A stretch of 64,000 nucleotides of DNA from the human T2T-CHM13v2.0 reference genome, Homo sapiens, in the NCBI RefSeq assembly GCF_009914755.1, contig NC_060926.1. One strand, 5' to 3'. The notes below the pieces were generated by a model. The model was not told where the DNA came from and ran no database searches. It worked only from the letters and a program-made list of their open reading frames with translations. Position 1 is the first letter of the stretch; every line of letters begins with the position of its first letter. Below, piece after piece: positions 13,591 to 28,522 of the stretch. A program made the translations under genes and the position numbers.

Positions 13591-16575
13591 ACAGTACTTC
13601 TTATTTGGGAGGAACATCAGGGTAAGTGTTCCATTTGCCCGCTACAGAAGATTCCATTGCCCAGTACAGAAACCAAGCTGAAGGGGAAGCTTTCCGCTCT
13701 CTAGTTGCTTAAAGGTTTCACCCTTTAGGCAGACAAGCCAAAGCACATGGTCATTTAGGGATTAGATGAGGTGGCTGTGAACAGCAGTGACAAGTGCCCC
13801 TCCCAAGTCGGTGGCTCTCAAGGTGGCCTCTGGACTGTGCCTGTCCTCCTCTACGTCTTGCCCCCGCCAAGGCCTCCCAGCGGCCCCATGATGCCATGCG
13901 CTTCCCACTGCTCCTCACGTAAATTCCTTCTCTGCTAAAGTTAACCAGAAACAGTTTGTGTTTGCAACCAAATTTGCAGCTGCTACAAGGCAGAATTCAA
14001 ACTCTGACAATGTCTTGCTAAAAAACCCATGTGCTTTCTAAAATACCGTTCTTGGTGCACTGTTAAAGCTTATGTACATATAAGACATAATTATTATTAC
14101 AATGCATTAAATTGGATGATATCCTAGTGAGATAGGTGGCAGGGTGGTGGTAATCACGGAAAAAAGAAAGCTCAAACCATCAAGGCTAGATGCTGTCAAG
14201 CTACAGGCTCACAGAAAGCTTTGGGAGGAAAAGAGCTACACGAGTCAGGAAAACAGCAGATTAAATAGGAAGCACCCAGCTGGGTAATGCGATTCCACCG
14301 CCTCTTTTCCAAAGAACTAAATTCAGCTGTGGCTTAAAAAAAAAATTCCTGTATGGTTTGTGGGTGGTCATAGTCATGAAACCTAGAATTTTAAAGCCAG
14401 GAAGGACCTTAAAAATCATCTGACCTTCAGACCCGCCTGGGTTTTATAAAAGAAAATCATCTATTGTACTGGCCTCATTTCCTAGATAAGGAGACTGGTT
14501 CCCAGTTAGGTTGCAAGACTTAGGAAACATCACATGCAAGGCAGTGACAGAGCCAGACTACAGGGAGGCTTTCTCTTTACCTTCACCCTTCGGAAAAGGG
14601 TGGTGAACACAGTCCAAAAAGTCAGAGGGGAACCGCTCTTACACAGTGGGAAACTAGACATTAGTTTAAGTAAGAAATCAAATTGCATGTTATGCCAGTC
14701 TTGTCATCTCTGTGAAGTCACTGATTCATTCTCAAAACCATCACCCTGAGATATACCCACTCTTTCCTGTGTTTCTACTGGGGAACTATCCAGGTAAACC
14801 TCTCCTCCCAAGGTCCTCTAGAGTGTTCCTGAGGCCCATACTTAAATAAAGCATTTGAGGGCCAGGATGTACTTGAAGTTCTTCTTCAAAGTATGTGTTT
14901 TTCTGCAGTTTACACAGGCTGTCGTACATGTATCACCTGGGAGGAGTGATAGGCTGTGGCGTTATCTCAGTGCTATGGTTTTAGCTTATAGACAGTCATT
15001 CCCATTAGCCCCTAGGGAAAAGGGATGCTGAAGAAATTCAACAGAAGACCTAAAGTTTCTATCGAGGCATTTTCACACAATCAGCCTACACTCTGAGTAC
15101 AATTTAGGGAAAAGCTTTCCTTCTCCAAAATGCATTTTCTTAAGAGGCTCTGGAAGTTAGGGGAGATGTTAGAGACAGCTGACCACCTTCCCCTGTGAAG
15201 GGGCCTCCTCTCCAGCTGATCCTCCCCAGCAGCCTGAGCTTCCTAGTCAATCAGAGAGCTGTGGCCCCCCACAGCAGCAAAGTGATGTAAGCCTCAGGGA
15301 GAATGAGATCGCTCAGTTTGTAGTGATGTGGAAAGTTCTCCAAGGTTCATTGGGGATGCAAAAGTGTGATAATTTGATCACATAGGTGTAAAAAATAAAC
15401 ATATATGATTTAGCAAAATACATAGACAACTTCCAAAAGGAGACACATGAAACCATTAACAGTGTTTGCTCCTGAAGAGCAGGACTGGAATATCAAGGAG
15501 GGAGGGGATATTTTTGCTTTTTGCTTAAAACATTTCTGTAATGTTTACCTTAATGGCAATAACAAGAACGATGAATACAGGTTACCTTTATAATTAAAAG
15601 TAGAAACTATTTTTTTTAATCCGGTTTCCAGTTTCCAGAGCATTAGCCCTCAGACCTGGGTGGGTGGGGCTCAAACATCCATATCTCAGTAAGTTCTTCT
15701 GATGATTCTAGTGTGCGGCCAGAGTTGAAAACCACCGGGTCAAGGCATTGAGGGTCCCTGGTAATGTAGGAAGTGGGAAAGGAGGTAATGTATGAAGTGT
15801 TATGGTGTTATCTTAATATGAATCTCTCTGTCAGGTTAGCTTCTGGGGAGAAAGAGGTGCTGGCAAAATTCAGCAGAAGAGCTAAGCAGTGTGTTTCCTG
15901 GGATAGAAGTGGGTTCCTCAGGTAGGCATCTCAGGGGGCAGCCAGAGGGCACTTGGGTTGATGCCCAGGAAGCGGAGAAGAGAAAGCAAGAGAAGGCAGT
16001 TCAGGCCCACGGAGCAGGCCTCCGAGGCCCCCTATGTCCCCAGAACCATTGGCTCCATAGCCTCTGTTCTCCCCACCACAAAGCAAGGACTTGTAATGTA
16101 GGAACCCACAGGCAGTTTGAATATTTGTTGTATTTGGAAGCCTCCAAATTCTGTTTAAAAATAATTCTGGGTTTCTTTCAAAAGGCAGGTTGGGGAGAAA
16201 CATCTGGAATAAAATAAACCCGCAGACCACTTGCACAGACCAAAAGGGAAAGAAAAAACATCCCACTCCAAATTACGTTATTCCCAAAAGAGCCAGGAAA
16301 GACATGAATGGGGGAAGGAAGAGTAAAAAACAAACCTCTAAATGATGTTAAGAGAGGGTGGGGAAAACCAGGGTGGAGGTCGGTCTGACAGTACTTTGCT
16401 CTCACATTTTGGAAAGAAAGAAGTTCCATTTTAGTAATTTTGAGTCTTTCTCAAAAAAGTAATTTTTCTGTACAGTTCTAAATGATACACTTGAGTCAAT
16501 TCTGAGGAGCTTCACACACAACTGGTATCTACATTCCCCTCATCCCCATAGACCTGGCTAAAGAGTCAGTGTCCT

Positions 16576-17064
<489 letters not shown>

Positions 17065-17143
17065 TCATCTTAGGAAATGTCTGCCGTGGGGACAAATCTT
17101 TACTGAGAGCCAACATCTCAATGGCTCATGTTGACTCCTTTAG

Positions 17144-17434
17144 GATAGCTAGGGGAGCCGAGCATTGCTCCCCTAGCATTGCTAAGCATCTAGTAGGGAC
17201 CCTGTAGAAGTGATGTCTCTTATTCTTGCTCAGTCCTGTGAAGTCATTTTTACTGTCCACATTTCACAGATGAGGAAGTTGAGTCCTCTATGATAGCTAG
17301 GGGAGCCGGGCATTGCTCCCCTAGCATTGCTGAGCATCTAGTAGGGACCCTGTAGAAGTGATGTCTCTTATTCTTGCTCAGTCCTGTGAAGTCATTTTTA
17401 ATGTCCACATTTCACAGATGAGGAAGTTGAGTCC
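17144..17434. repeat. Tandem duplication, 148-bp period, 2 copies
   Basis: 17144-17286 vs 17292-17434, 3 mismatches in 143 bp. Confidence 0.95.
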
Positions 17435-17439
17435 CAGGG

Positions 17440-17665
17440 AGTCTGGGCTCCAGAATCAGGCAAATCTAGCTCCTCTACTCAGCAGTAGTGACTTCAGGCA
17501 AGTTACTTAACTCTCTGTGTCTCGGGTCCCTCCTCTTTAAAGTGGAGAGAACAATGAAACCTCTCTCATAGTAACAGAGAAGATTGAGAGAATGCCTCTC
17601 AAAGCATTTAGCAGACAAATATGCAACCAATAAATATTAGGTGCTATTGTTATTGATGTTGTAAT
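17440..17665 (+). mobile_element. MIR SINE
   Basis: GGCAAGTTACTTAACTCTCTGTGTCTC core. Confidence 0.75.
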
Positions 17666-18341
17666 GATTTAAAGGGTTAAATAGCTCACTTGAATTAAGT
17701 AATTCAGCACTGTAATAAAGTGCTGAAGCTGGGATTTTTGTTGTTGTCTTAGCCCCAGCACAAACTCTCATTACTCAGCACTGTGTCTCTAAGCTGAGGA
17801 TGAAAGACAGAGACACAGACGTCAGACAGAGGCACCTGTCCTCTTCCCTCAAGGGACAGCAAAGTAGCTAAGGGTATAGATTAGGTAGATGTTGCCTTCT
17901 GGACACAAGGTTTATTTTGTGGCTTATTAGAGAGTGGGACTGACTGTCTGTCACCTGCTGTAACACAGGTCTAGGATGAGGCCCAGGAGAATTCTGCTGA
18001 CCATGCAGCAGGCAGGGCCAGAAGCTGGGAACAGGCTGGCAAGGGCTGGAGAAACTGGGCACCACAGGCACTGGTGCAGGGAGGGGACACAAGGTCTGGG
18101 CACCGTGTCTGTGGGCTCAAAAGGCTGACAGTTTGGAACCATCTGGGGGATGTGGTCAGCCAAGCAGGCTGTTGGGGGAAGTGCCCAAGTCAGCAGGCTG
18201 CAGCTGAACTCAAAGGAACCTGACATGGATCTGGCAGCCAACGGGTGACCTGCAGGTGTGGAAAGTGGGATCCTGGGTTCTAGGGTCCCTTGGGGAGGTC
18301 ACTGGCTATCAGTAATTTACTGGTAGCCCTGGCCATTCCTA

Positions 18342-18850
<509 letters not shown>

Positions 18851-19099
18851 GTGTCTAATAAGCTAAATAAATGTCTGCTTAGGATACCTGCAAAGCAAGA
18901 GCACCTAAAAATTTGCTTCTGAAATAATTTTAAAATTGATTTTTCTAAGACTGCATCAAGGGAATCATTGCTGGAAAAAGAACTTTGTTGAATTTCCTTA
19001 CAATTATTTTTATGCCCTAAACAGAATGGAAAGGGATAGGTGGAAAAAAGCTTTCTCCTCACTTTTCTCTCTTTTTATAGTGAGGGAATGAGGTGATTG

Positions 19100-19350
19100 G
19101 GAGGAAGAGGGAGGATTCTTTTCAAGAAGTCCTCAGAAAATGTCCTCCAACATCCCATTGGCTAGGACTGGGTCGCACACACCCCTAGACCAGTCACTGG
19201 CAAAGAGAAACCACATTGTGTTGATTGTCTCACAACAAGCACAGTGTGTACTGTGGTGCTGGGCAAATGGCCACATCAACAACACTGGGTTCTGTTAGCA
19301 AGAAGAAAGGGCCAACATAATGGTGGTTGAGTAGGCTATGGATGGAGCTA
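19100..19350 (-). mobile_element. Old MaLR LTR fragment (MLT1J/K-like)
   Basis: CATTGGCTAGGACTGGGTC...CCCCTAGACCAGTCACTGGCAAAG...GGGTTCTGTTAGCAAGAAGAA. Confidence 0.6.
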
Positions 19351-19516
19351 TCGCAACCCTTCAGGTGCTCCCAAATCCCAGAGAAGCTAGGAAAGCACAG
19401 ACGTTTCATTTACCAAATGGTTACCTTGGGTTTGGGATTTATTTACTACAGGTTTTCAAGAAGAGAATATCAATTGACCCTTATGGAGACTTGAATCCCA
19501 TGACACAGTATTATTA

Positions 19517-19821
19517 TTATTATTATTGTTTTGAGGTAGGGTCTCACTCCTGTCACCCAGGCTGGAGTGCAGTGGTGTGATCATGGCTCACTGCAGCCTC
19601 AACCCCCCAGGCTCAGGTGATCACCTCAGGTGATCAGCTTCTTAAGTAGCTGGACTACAGGCATGTGCCACTATGCTTGGATAATTTTTTGTATTTTTAA
19701 CGAAAATACATTGGTTTTGCCATGTTGCCCAGGCTGGTCTCGAACTCCTCAGCTCAAGCAGTCTGCCCGCCTCAGCCTCCCAAAGTGCTGGGATTACAGG
19801 CATGAGCCACTGCACCTGGCC
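19517..19821 (-). mobile_element. Alu (AluJ-like)
   Basis: Reverse dimer with (TAT)n tail; TSD GACACAGTATTATTA. Confidence 0.95.
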
Positions 19822-19929
19822 AGACACAGTATTATTAGAACTATGTATGTTCTAACCAAAGCTTCCCCCCAATTCTGTCCCCTCTTTCTATTTCTCTCAC
19901 CTTCTTTAATCAGCTAAGTGCCTTGTCAC

Positions 19930-21180
19930 CTGTCTTCATTTAAAGTCCCCACTTCCCACTCCCTCCTCGACTCCCTGACATCTGGCTTCCACCTCAGTTT
20001 CTCCCTTGAAACTGTCTGGCAAAGGTCATGAATGAATATTAAGTTCCCCACTCCCTTGCACACTTTTACACTCACCGCTTACTCAGCTTTGTGACACATG
20101 GCACTGTCAACCCCTTCACAGTCTTCCAAGACTCTCCCCCTTGGTGCCTGGGGCCCTACTCTCTCCTCACCTTCTTCTGAGCTCTCTGGCTGCTCAGTCT
20201 CCAGGCTGGTTTACCACAGGGGCCTATTCCCAAATGTTGGGGCTTATTCCCAGGGTTCTTCCCTTTACTTCCTTTCTTCTCTCTCCAGACACTATCCTTA
20301 CGACATGCACTACCATCTCAGATCTCTAATTCCAGTGCAGGCTGGAGACCTGAGCTGCAGATCTGTATGTTTAATTGACTTTTGGATAGAATTTCACAGG
20401 CTTCTCAAGTTCAATTACTTGTATTTATTTATTTAGAAACAGGGTCTTGCTCTGTTGCCAGGCTGGAGTGTAGTGGCACCATCATAGCCCACTGCAGCCT
20501 CAAATCCTCAGGCAGTCCTCTAACTTCTGCCTCCCAAGTAGCTAGGACTGGAAGCACATACTACCATGCCTGGTTATTTTTTTTTTTTTTTTGTAGAGAT
20601 GGTTTTTATATGTTTCCCAGACTGGTTTCATATTCCTGATCCTCCTGTCTCGGACTCCCAAAATGCTGGGATTGCTGGTGTTAGTCACTACGCCCGGCTC
20701 AACTTCTGCTAAATGGACTAATCATACTCTCTTACTTGCCTTTTCTCTTGTGCCTCCTCATCTTGGTGACTGGCACTACCAGCTAACCAGCCACTTGGCC
20801 AAGCCAGAAACCTGGGTTCCGCCATGCAATAGATAGATCAAGTCATATTGTTTCTATTTACCTGGTGTCTCAGGTATCTCTGTTCTCTTGTATATCCACA
20901 ACTTCCACCCAGACTCAAACATATATCATAACTCTCTGGGTCATTACAAGGGTCTGAAACTGATCCTCCACCTTTATGTTCACCCTAGCCCCCAGCCTAT
21001 GTGTCACCATCATGATGGTGGTCTTTATAAAATATGGAGATGATCATTTCTCCACTCTTTAGAAGCCTTCTATGGCTCTTCTCTGATGCCAACACATAAT
21101 TCATGACATAGAAATGCAAAGGCAGCCCGTCTTTTCAGCCATATTGGCTTAGGCTCTCTCCACTCTAGCTGGAGACAGAA
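19930..21180 (+). mobile_element. L2 LINE fragments, interrupted by an Alu
   Basis: CTGGCTTCCACCTC...GAAACTG...AAGGTCA and AAGCCAGAAACCTGG are L2-type pyrimidine-rich motifs. Confidence 0.6.
20422..20698 (-). mobile_element. Alu (AluJ-like)
   Basis: Reverse dimer with small deletions. Confidence 0.9.
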
Positions 21181-21580
21181 AGACATTACATTGCATTTTA
21201 ATAGGTAAAATGTTTTACCTTTAATAACTTGGGTTGCTTGCATTTTTATAACTCTCTTTGATTTGTCCAGCTCCATTTTGGGAGACCATTATGTAATGAT
21301 GTGACTAAGCTTCAGTCTGAAACACTGTGTGTCTGATTTGAATTGTTGAAACCTCTAAATTCAAGTTTCCTTATATGCTAAATGGGGATACTAATACTTG
21401 CTCAGAGGGGAGTTGGGAGGTGTAAATTCAGTGATATATATAACAGGCATGGCATATGGTAAGTGTCCAATCAATGATAACAGCTACTACTTATAGAGCA
21501 GATCTTACTCTGTGCCAGGATGGTTCTAGGTGCTTTTTGTTGTTAGTTCCTTTGATCTTCATAAAAATCTTATGAGGTAG

Positions 21581-22014
<434 letters not shown>

Positions 22015-22568
22015 CAGAAACTATACTCTTACCCACTAAGGGACCCTGCCTCTTCATAACTGTTGATCATTTAAATTAGTGCATTTATTTTAACTGTATG
22101 TACCAGAAAGTACACTTGGAGTTTTTAATAAATATGTTACAAATGATTTGGAGGAAACATAAAATATAAGGACTAATTTCTAGAATGTTAGTATAAAAGC
22201 AATAGAATGTCCTCTACCACACACAAAAAAACCAACCTCTTGATACATTGAAGATGCTTTTTCTTCACTGAATTGATCCAGGGACAAATTGCTTTGACAT
22301 CATTGATACCAAAATAATTCAGACCAAAATTAAATCTATCATTCTGTAAATTAAGGAGTTTAGAAATTACTTCAAAGAGATTGACATTTTTGCCTTTTTC
22401 AAAATTCCCATTTCACAATGCCTTCATTTTGGAAGAGCTTCAAGCCAGAGGCACTTGTGGCTGCCCTTCAGGTAAACTTGACTTTTAGCTGGAGCAAAGT
22501 GCTCCACAGTCACAGCATTTACCTAGTTCTTCTTGGTTTGGATTTTTGCCAATCTGGCAACAACCATA

Positions 22569-22607
22569 GGTGCCCCAGGATGACTGTAGTGGTGCCCCAG
22601 GATGACT
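22569..22607. repeat. Direct repeat, 17 bp identical at 22-bp period
   Basis: GGTGCCCCAGGATGACT at 22569 and 22591. Confidence 0.85.
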
Positions 22608-23639
22608 CAGGGACTGGAGTGTGTGCTTTATGTCAATACAGACAGTTCTCTCACTGCTTGGTCTCAACTCCATGAACACTTGGAAATTTTACCCCTCGCA
22701 AAGAGAGGGAGAATAAGTGTACAGGCTTTTAGATCATCCCTTCTCTGGTCTCCAAAATCCTTTAGGGCAGGGACTGTGTTATATTTACCTCTGCAAACCC
22801 AGATCCTGGCATGATGCCTGGCACAGAGAAGGCACTTAACTAAGCCAAGTGCTGGTGGGTTTAGAAGTCCTAGTTTATCTTCTTCTTCAACCAGAATTGG
22901 TTAAGAATACGGGTTGGGATGACAGAGTACCTACAAGGGACAGATATTGGTACCCTCTCATACAGGAACCTGGATGGTAGTGATAAAATGAGATATCAGT
23001 TGATAATATTTGAGAAATTGTCAAGTTGTTGGAAACACATATAACTTCCCCAAATAACTAAGTTGGAAGACTGTACTAGTTTGAATGTGTAGATTCTGGA
23101 ATTCTTATAACAACAACAACAAAAAAGGCACACCATAATGATCACACTTTATAGTGGCACATGCTTCCTCTTCCCTATAAACCAAATGAAGATATAGTTC
23201 CAATTCTCTCCTCTTTTGGTTGATATTTCTCTTGCTCTTTTCCCATTAAGACTACATCTGTGATTCTGTAAAATCTTTCCTTCCCTTTCTTATTACCTAA
23301 GCATATAAAACATTCATATGTGGAAAGATTCTGATATGCACGATAATTCCAAATGCTGCAAGCCCAAACAGACTTAGAAAAATTCTCGATCTCCTACCAA
23401 AGCATGCTTAAATCAGAAATGTCTTAAAGCACTAAAAGAAAAAGGGAAAAATTTTAGGGCAAAGACCCAATTGTAGTAGCAAGGAAAACCAGTGGTTGAA
23501 GAGAGAGTACATGGAAGGGTATTTCCTCCCCACCCCAGGCACTCTGCAGTGACTTGATGGAGCATTGGGCAGGATCTTAAAATAATCCACTCTCCCATCA
23601 GACACTATTGAATTACTTATTATCTTCATAAACAAGTAC

Positions 23640-23850
23640 TGCCATTAATTAATAACACTATGTACCAGGCGCTAGGCTAAGTGCTTTGTATGCCATCTCT
23701 TTTAATGTTCCTCACACTTTGCAGGTGTCAATAATCCATTTTTAGAGGTTGAGTAATTTGCCTAAGAACCTACAGCAAATAAATCTGTTGTACTCCACAG
23801 TCCAACTTCCTTCCACAGAACCAGTATTTCCAAGACAGGCCCAGAGCCTG
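23640..23850 (-). mobile_element. MIR SINE
   Basis: TATGTACCAGGCGCTAGGCTAAGTGCTTT...GTAATTTGCCTAAG. Confidence 0.65.
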
Positions 23851-24651
23851 GCATTGTTAGCAAAGCTGTGCTTATTAGCTGTGTGGGTGAGAGGAGCAAA
23901 GGAGTTAAGACCTTCAAAGTGCAGACAGCAGTGCCTGGTAGGGGGCAAGCACTCAATAACGGTTGCCAGTGTGCAGATGCTGTCCTTGATGAGGAGGGCA
24001 ACCCAGTTTGTCCAGGTCGAAAGGGAGGCTCAGAGCACAGGTTAAGATGGGGCCAGGGCATGTGTTATCCTGACAGTTGCCTGGTAAAAGACCTGATCCA
24101 AGAAGGAGAAATGAAAATTAAGGGGAGAGCCTGCTTCAACCAGAGCAACTGGCCCAGATCTCCAAGCTCGTGGGGCCACGTGAGGATTCAATGAAGACCA
24201 GGAGGGTTGAGAGAAGGCAGCAAGGAACAGGTAGGGGGATGTTGTCTGGTGGTTTAAGTAACTGTCTTTGGATGCTAGGCACAGGGTGTAGAGCCCCTTC
24301 TGTGGAGACCTCAGACCTCTCCCCAATGCTAGCAGCAGCTCTTCAAGGTGTGCCTGATAGAAAGAGCCTGGGAAGAACACATGCCAACCTGACCACAGCA
24401 GTCAACTCATGGCCAATGAGGAGGGCCCAAGCTTGGGAGCAGTTGCCAATGGACATGCTTGCCTTGTATGTAATCAATTTTAATATGTTAATAAAATCAA
24501 AATGCAGTACCTTTAAAATGGGTCTCATACATGACAGCTCTCTGTCAACTGTGACACACAGTGGAAATGCTGTGTGTGAGAGGGAGATAGAGATGTGCTG
24601 GAACGGGGAGGGGCCAGAGGTCTGGATTGCTGGCGATTCGTCCTTCTCCAC

Positions 24652-25140
24652 TGTGGCAGATGCTGCTACGGATCTTCCAGTTTCCAGTCTCCCCTCTCCC
24701 TCAGTATTAGAAGTGCAGAAGCCTCACATTTCAGCTGGCAACACTGCAGCCCTGCAGTGGAGGCCACACTTCTCAGGCTCCCTTGCATCAAGGTGTGGCC
24801 ACATGACTGAGCCCTGGCCAGTGATGAAGTGACATGTGCCAGCTTCAGGAAACTCTCCTTTGAGCTGCAGGCACCTGCCTTTGCCCCCATTTCTTTGTCT
24901 CTTCCTCCAGTGGCCGCCTAGAATATGGATGCATTGGAGACCTAATCACCAACTTAGACCATAAAGATGGGAGCCACACCCTAGGGATCGCAGAGCAGGA
25001 GCTGGAAAGAGCCTGGGTCCCTGAGGACATCACAGAGCAGGGCCACTATGCCAGCCCAGGAGCGCCTCCCTCAATTATTCACAGGACAGGGACACGAACC
25101 TCTCCTTGTATGAGTCACTGTAGTTTAGGTTTTCTGCCAA
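24652..25140 (+). mobile_element. ERVL solo LTR (LTR33-like)
   Basis: TGTGGCAGATGCTG start; TCCCTTGCATCAAGGTGTGGCCACATGACT; GGAAAGAGCCTGGGTCCCTGA. Confidence 0.7.
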
Positions 25141-26009
25141 ATGCGGAAGGGACTATCTCAGTCTCTTGGATTCTTTTGTTAATTTTTGCTTCTTCTCTGC
25201 CTATGTGCAGGTCTCTTAGGAGCCCCCCTGCTGAACTGAGGAGGCTGAGGCTGACCCGTGTGTCTCAGCCGTTCCCCTTTGTGAGCCCCTAAGTGCCTTA
25301 CAGACCATGTATTTATTAGTGGTCTATTGTTAATAATCATAGTAAGCTATCCAAGCTGACTTTTTACTGAGCTTCGGAGTTTCATGGTTATAAGAGAATG
25401 AAAACCTCAGAATAAAATATTAGGCTCTTTGATCTGTGTGAATAGTCACTCTTGAGCTGTTCTGGGTGTGTTTTTCTGTGATTTCCCAGCTATCGTGCTA
25501 AGCGTCGCACTCAGTCTCAGCTGCCTGTTAACGGCAATAGGAGGACTGATGCATTAGCATAACAAGGGATCTGCAGCTAGCCTAGGCGCTCTGAGTACTC
25601 CATGCACAGATGGGGTGGACGGTGGGCAGGGACCAGAGCTGGGTGGGGAGGGTGGAAGGGCATCTGAGAACAGGCAGGCATAGAAGGCAAGCGCAGGAGA
25701 GGTAGAGTCAGAGGGGTGGACAGAGATGGCTCACTGCCACTTAATAGGTATACAATGAGCATCTCTTGAAGAAAGAAAGGGAGGAGGATGAGAGGGAAAG
25801 AAGGAAGGAAAGAAAGAAAGAGGCTGCTAAGACCAAGTGCTAGGCAGCCAAAAAAGCTTTGGGGGTTGCTTCAATAGAATACACAGGACAAGAATGTACA
25901 TGCAGGTGCACTGGGATAATGCTTCAGCAGGGTGACAAATACACACACACACATGGACACAGGCATATACAGACACATTGACTTATACAGATATACACAT
26001 AGGTACATG

Positions 26010-26492
26010 TATGGTAGCCAGCCTCCACGATGGTCCTAATCCTTGCCTCCTGGTATTTACACCCTTATGTCATTCTCTCCTACAATGTATATGTCTGACT
26101 TGTGTAACAAATAGAATATTGTAGGCATGATGGTGAGTTCCAAGGCTAGGGCGTAAAAACTTATGGAGGCTTCCACCTTGCCCTCTCCGGGATCACCTTC
26201 TCTGCAGGAAGCCAGCCCTCATGTTGTGAGAACACTCAAACAGCACTATGGAGAATTTCACCTTCCAACTGGCCAGCCATGCGGTGAGCCATCTCAAAAA
26301 CAGATCCTCCAGCCCCATTCTGGCCTTCAGCTCCAGATGATAGCAGCCCTGGCCACAACTTTACAGCAGACCTTAAGCCAGAACCGCCCAGCTAAGCTAC
26401 TCTCGCTTTCCCAACCCACAGAAGCTGTGAGGTAACAGTTTACTGGGGTTTTATGCCAAAGGAACTTGCTAAGCAGCAATAGACAACTAATA
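26010..26492 (+). mobile_element. MaLR solo LTR (MLT1F-like)
   Basis: GGTAGCCAGCCTCC..GATGG start; GGAAGCCAGC; GCAGCAATAGACAACTAATA end. Confidence 0.8.
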
Positions 26493-26799
26493 TAAACTAT
26501 ATACACACATAACTTTCCATATATATAATTTATAATACAATGCATATATAGTTTTTCATAATTATCAAAATAATGTGGATTTCCTGGAGAAATTTATGAG
26601 ATAAGTACTATCATGATTCCCATTTTAATTGACAGGGAAACTGAAACACAGACAGTTCAAGTACTTAATCTAAGCAGTAAGTAGAGGAGACAGAATTTGA
26701 TCTCAGGAAATCTGAGCTTATCACTATCTTATAGGATGGCACACTCTGGCTGACATTTTGTTGTATTTCCCTTCAGTCTTTTAAAAATACAGTTTAAAA

Positions 26800-27130
26800 A
26801 AATTACTAGACTTTATTTTCTAGAGCACTTTTAGGTTTGCAGAAAAATTGAGCAGAAAGTACAAAGAGTTCCCATACATTCCCTCTCCCCTCCCCTTTCA
26901 CCTGGTTTCCCCTGTTGTTAACATCAGGCATTAGTGTGGTGTGTTTGTTACAACTGAGGAGCTGATATTGATGCATTAAGTTTGAGCTGGCATTAGGTTT
27001 CACTGTGTTGTACATTCAATGGGTTTTAACAAATGCATACGGATGTGTATCCACTATTATTGTATCATACAGAATAATTTCCTGCCTTCAAAATCCCGTG
27101 CTGCACCTGTTCATCCCTCCCTATGCATGC
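26800..27130 (-). mobile_element. Old L1 (L1MC/MD-like) 3' end
   Basis: AGACTTTATTTT...TTTTAGGTTTGCAGAAAAATTGAGCAGAAAGTAC. Confidence 0.75.
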
Positions 27131-28096
27131 CATTCTTAAGCAGAGCTAATACTACATATACTAATTTTGCAGTTTTTAAATTAATATTGCATAAGTATTT
27201 TTTCATGTCAGTAAAACTTATAAGCATTATTTGTAATACTTGAATACCATTCTATGTGTGCATGGCTAAACCATAGCTCAATTTATTTATTCCCTTTTGT
27301 TGGGCATCAGAATTGTTCTCCCAGGACTCTTTTTTTTAAGTCCTGGGATGGAGGACCCTTGACAATTCAACTCAGCATCCTTAATGTAAGTGTGCATTTG
27401 TCTAAGGATGTATGTGTCAGCTTTAGCAAGTAGGTACAACTGCTGCAATTCCAACATCCTTAACCTGGCTCTGTCAGAAACTTGGAAACTATTGATTCTG
27501 TAAGTTATTTCTAGCCTGCCAGAGCACTTGTACTTATTCTCTCTCCCCCCAACCCCAACTTGGCTTTTAGAATAAGTTTTCATCAGTTCCCAAGAAATGA
27601 ATCATTGTGAATACAAAATGACTAAGAGCATTTCTTTGGACCCTACACCCCACAACAGACACAGGCTGACCCCCTTGATGCGCTTCCAGGATTAACAAGG
27701 ATCTGAGAACAAGCAGTATAGAAGTAGGGGCAATAAAGGAAATTGATGTTCTCTGAGATTGATTTGTCAAATATTATGTATATCTTTTGCCTGTTCCCAA
27801 ATTCCTTCACTTAATTCTAAATTTGATTTTAACAGCCTACAAATTCCTGTTGGATTAAATCTTTATGACTCATCTGTACTTTCAAGTTCCTGTAATTGAA
27901 AATTCCATTTATATGTGATTTTCTTATTATTATAGTATCTTCTTTTGCACACCAGAGGACACCTGGGTGTGTATTTCAGGAAGGTATATAGACCTGTTTG
28001 GACTGGCCTAATAGTCAGATTGTCATCAATAAGAAGGAATGAGGCACACAAAATTTAAGCCTCACATTTAAGCCTTGCCCTGCCCTCCACCTACAA

Positions 28097-28132
28097 CTCT
28101 CTCTCTGTCTCTCTTTCTCTCTCTCTCTCTCT
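28097..28132. repeat. (CT)n microsatellite
   Basis: Direct reading. Confidence 0.8.
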
Positions 28133-28166
28133 GAAACCTGATGCTCAGATAGAAAGTTGGGTTCTA

Positions 28167-28522
<356 letters not shown>

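Noticed and set aside
17144-17434. CRISPR-like repeat with hairpin
   Set aside because: Only two whole-unit copies, no unique spacers, no cas genes, mammalian context.
17703-17727. 9-bp hairpin TTCAGCACT/AGTGCTGAA
   Set aside because: Short enough to occur by chance in 64 kb; no supporting context.
24170-24832. Longest + strand ORF (220 aa)
   Set aside because: Non-ATG start, runs into an LTR33-like element, no recognisable domain or splice context; likely chance.
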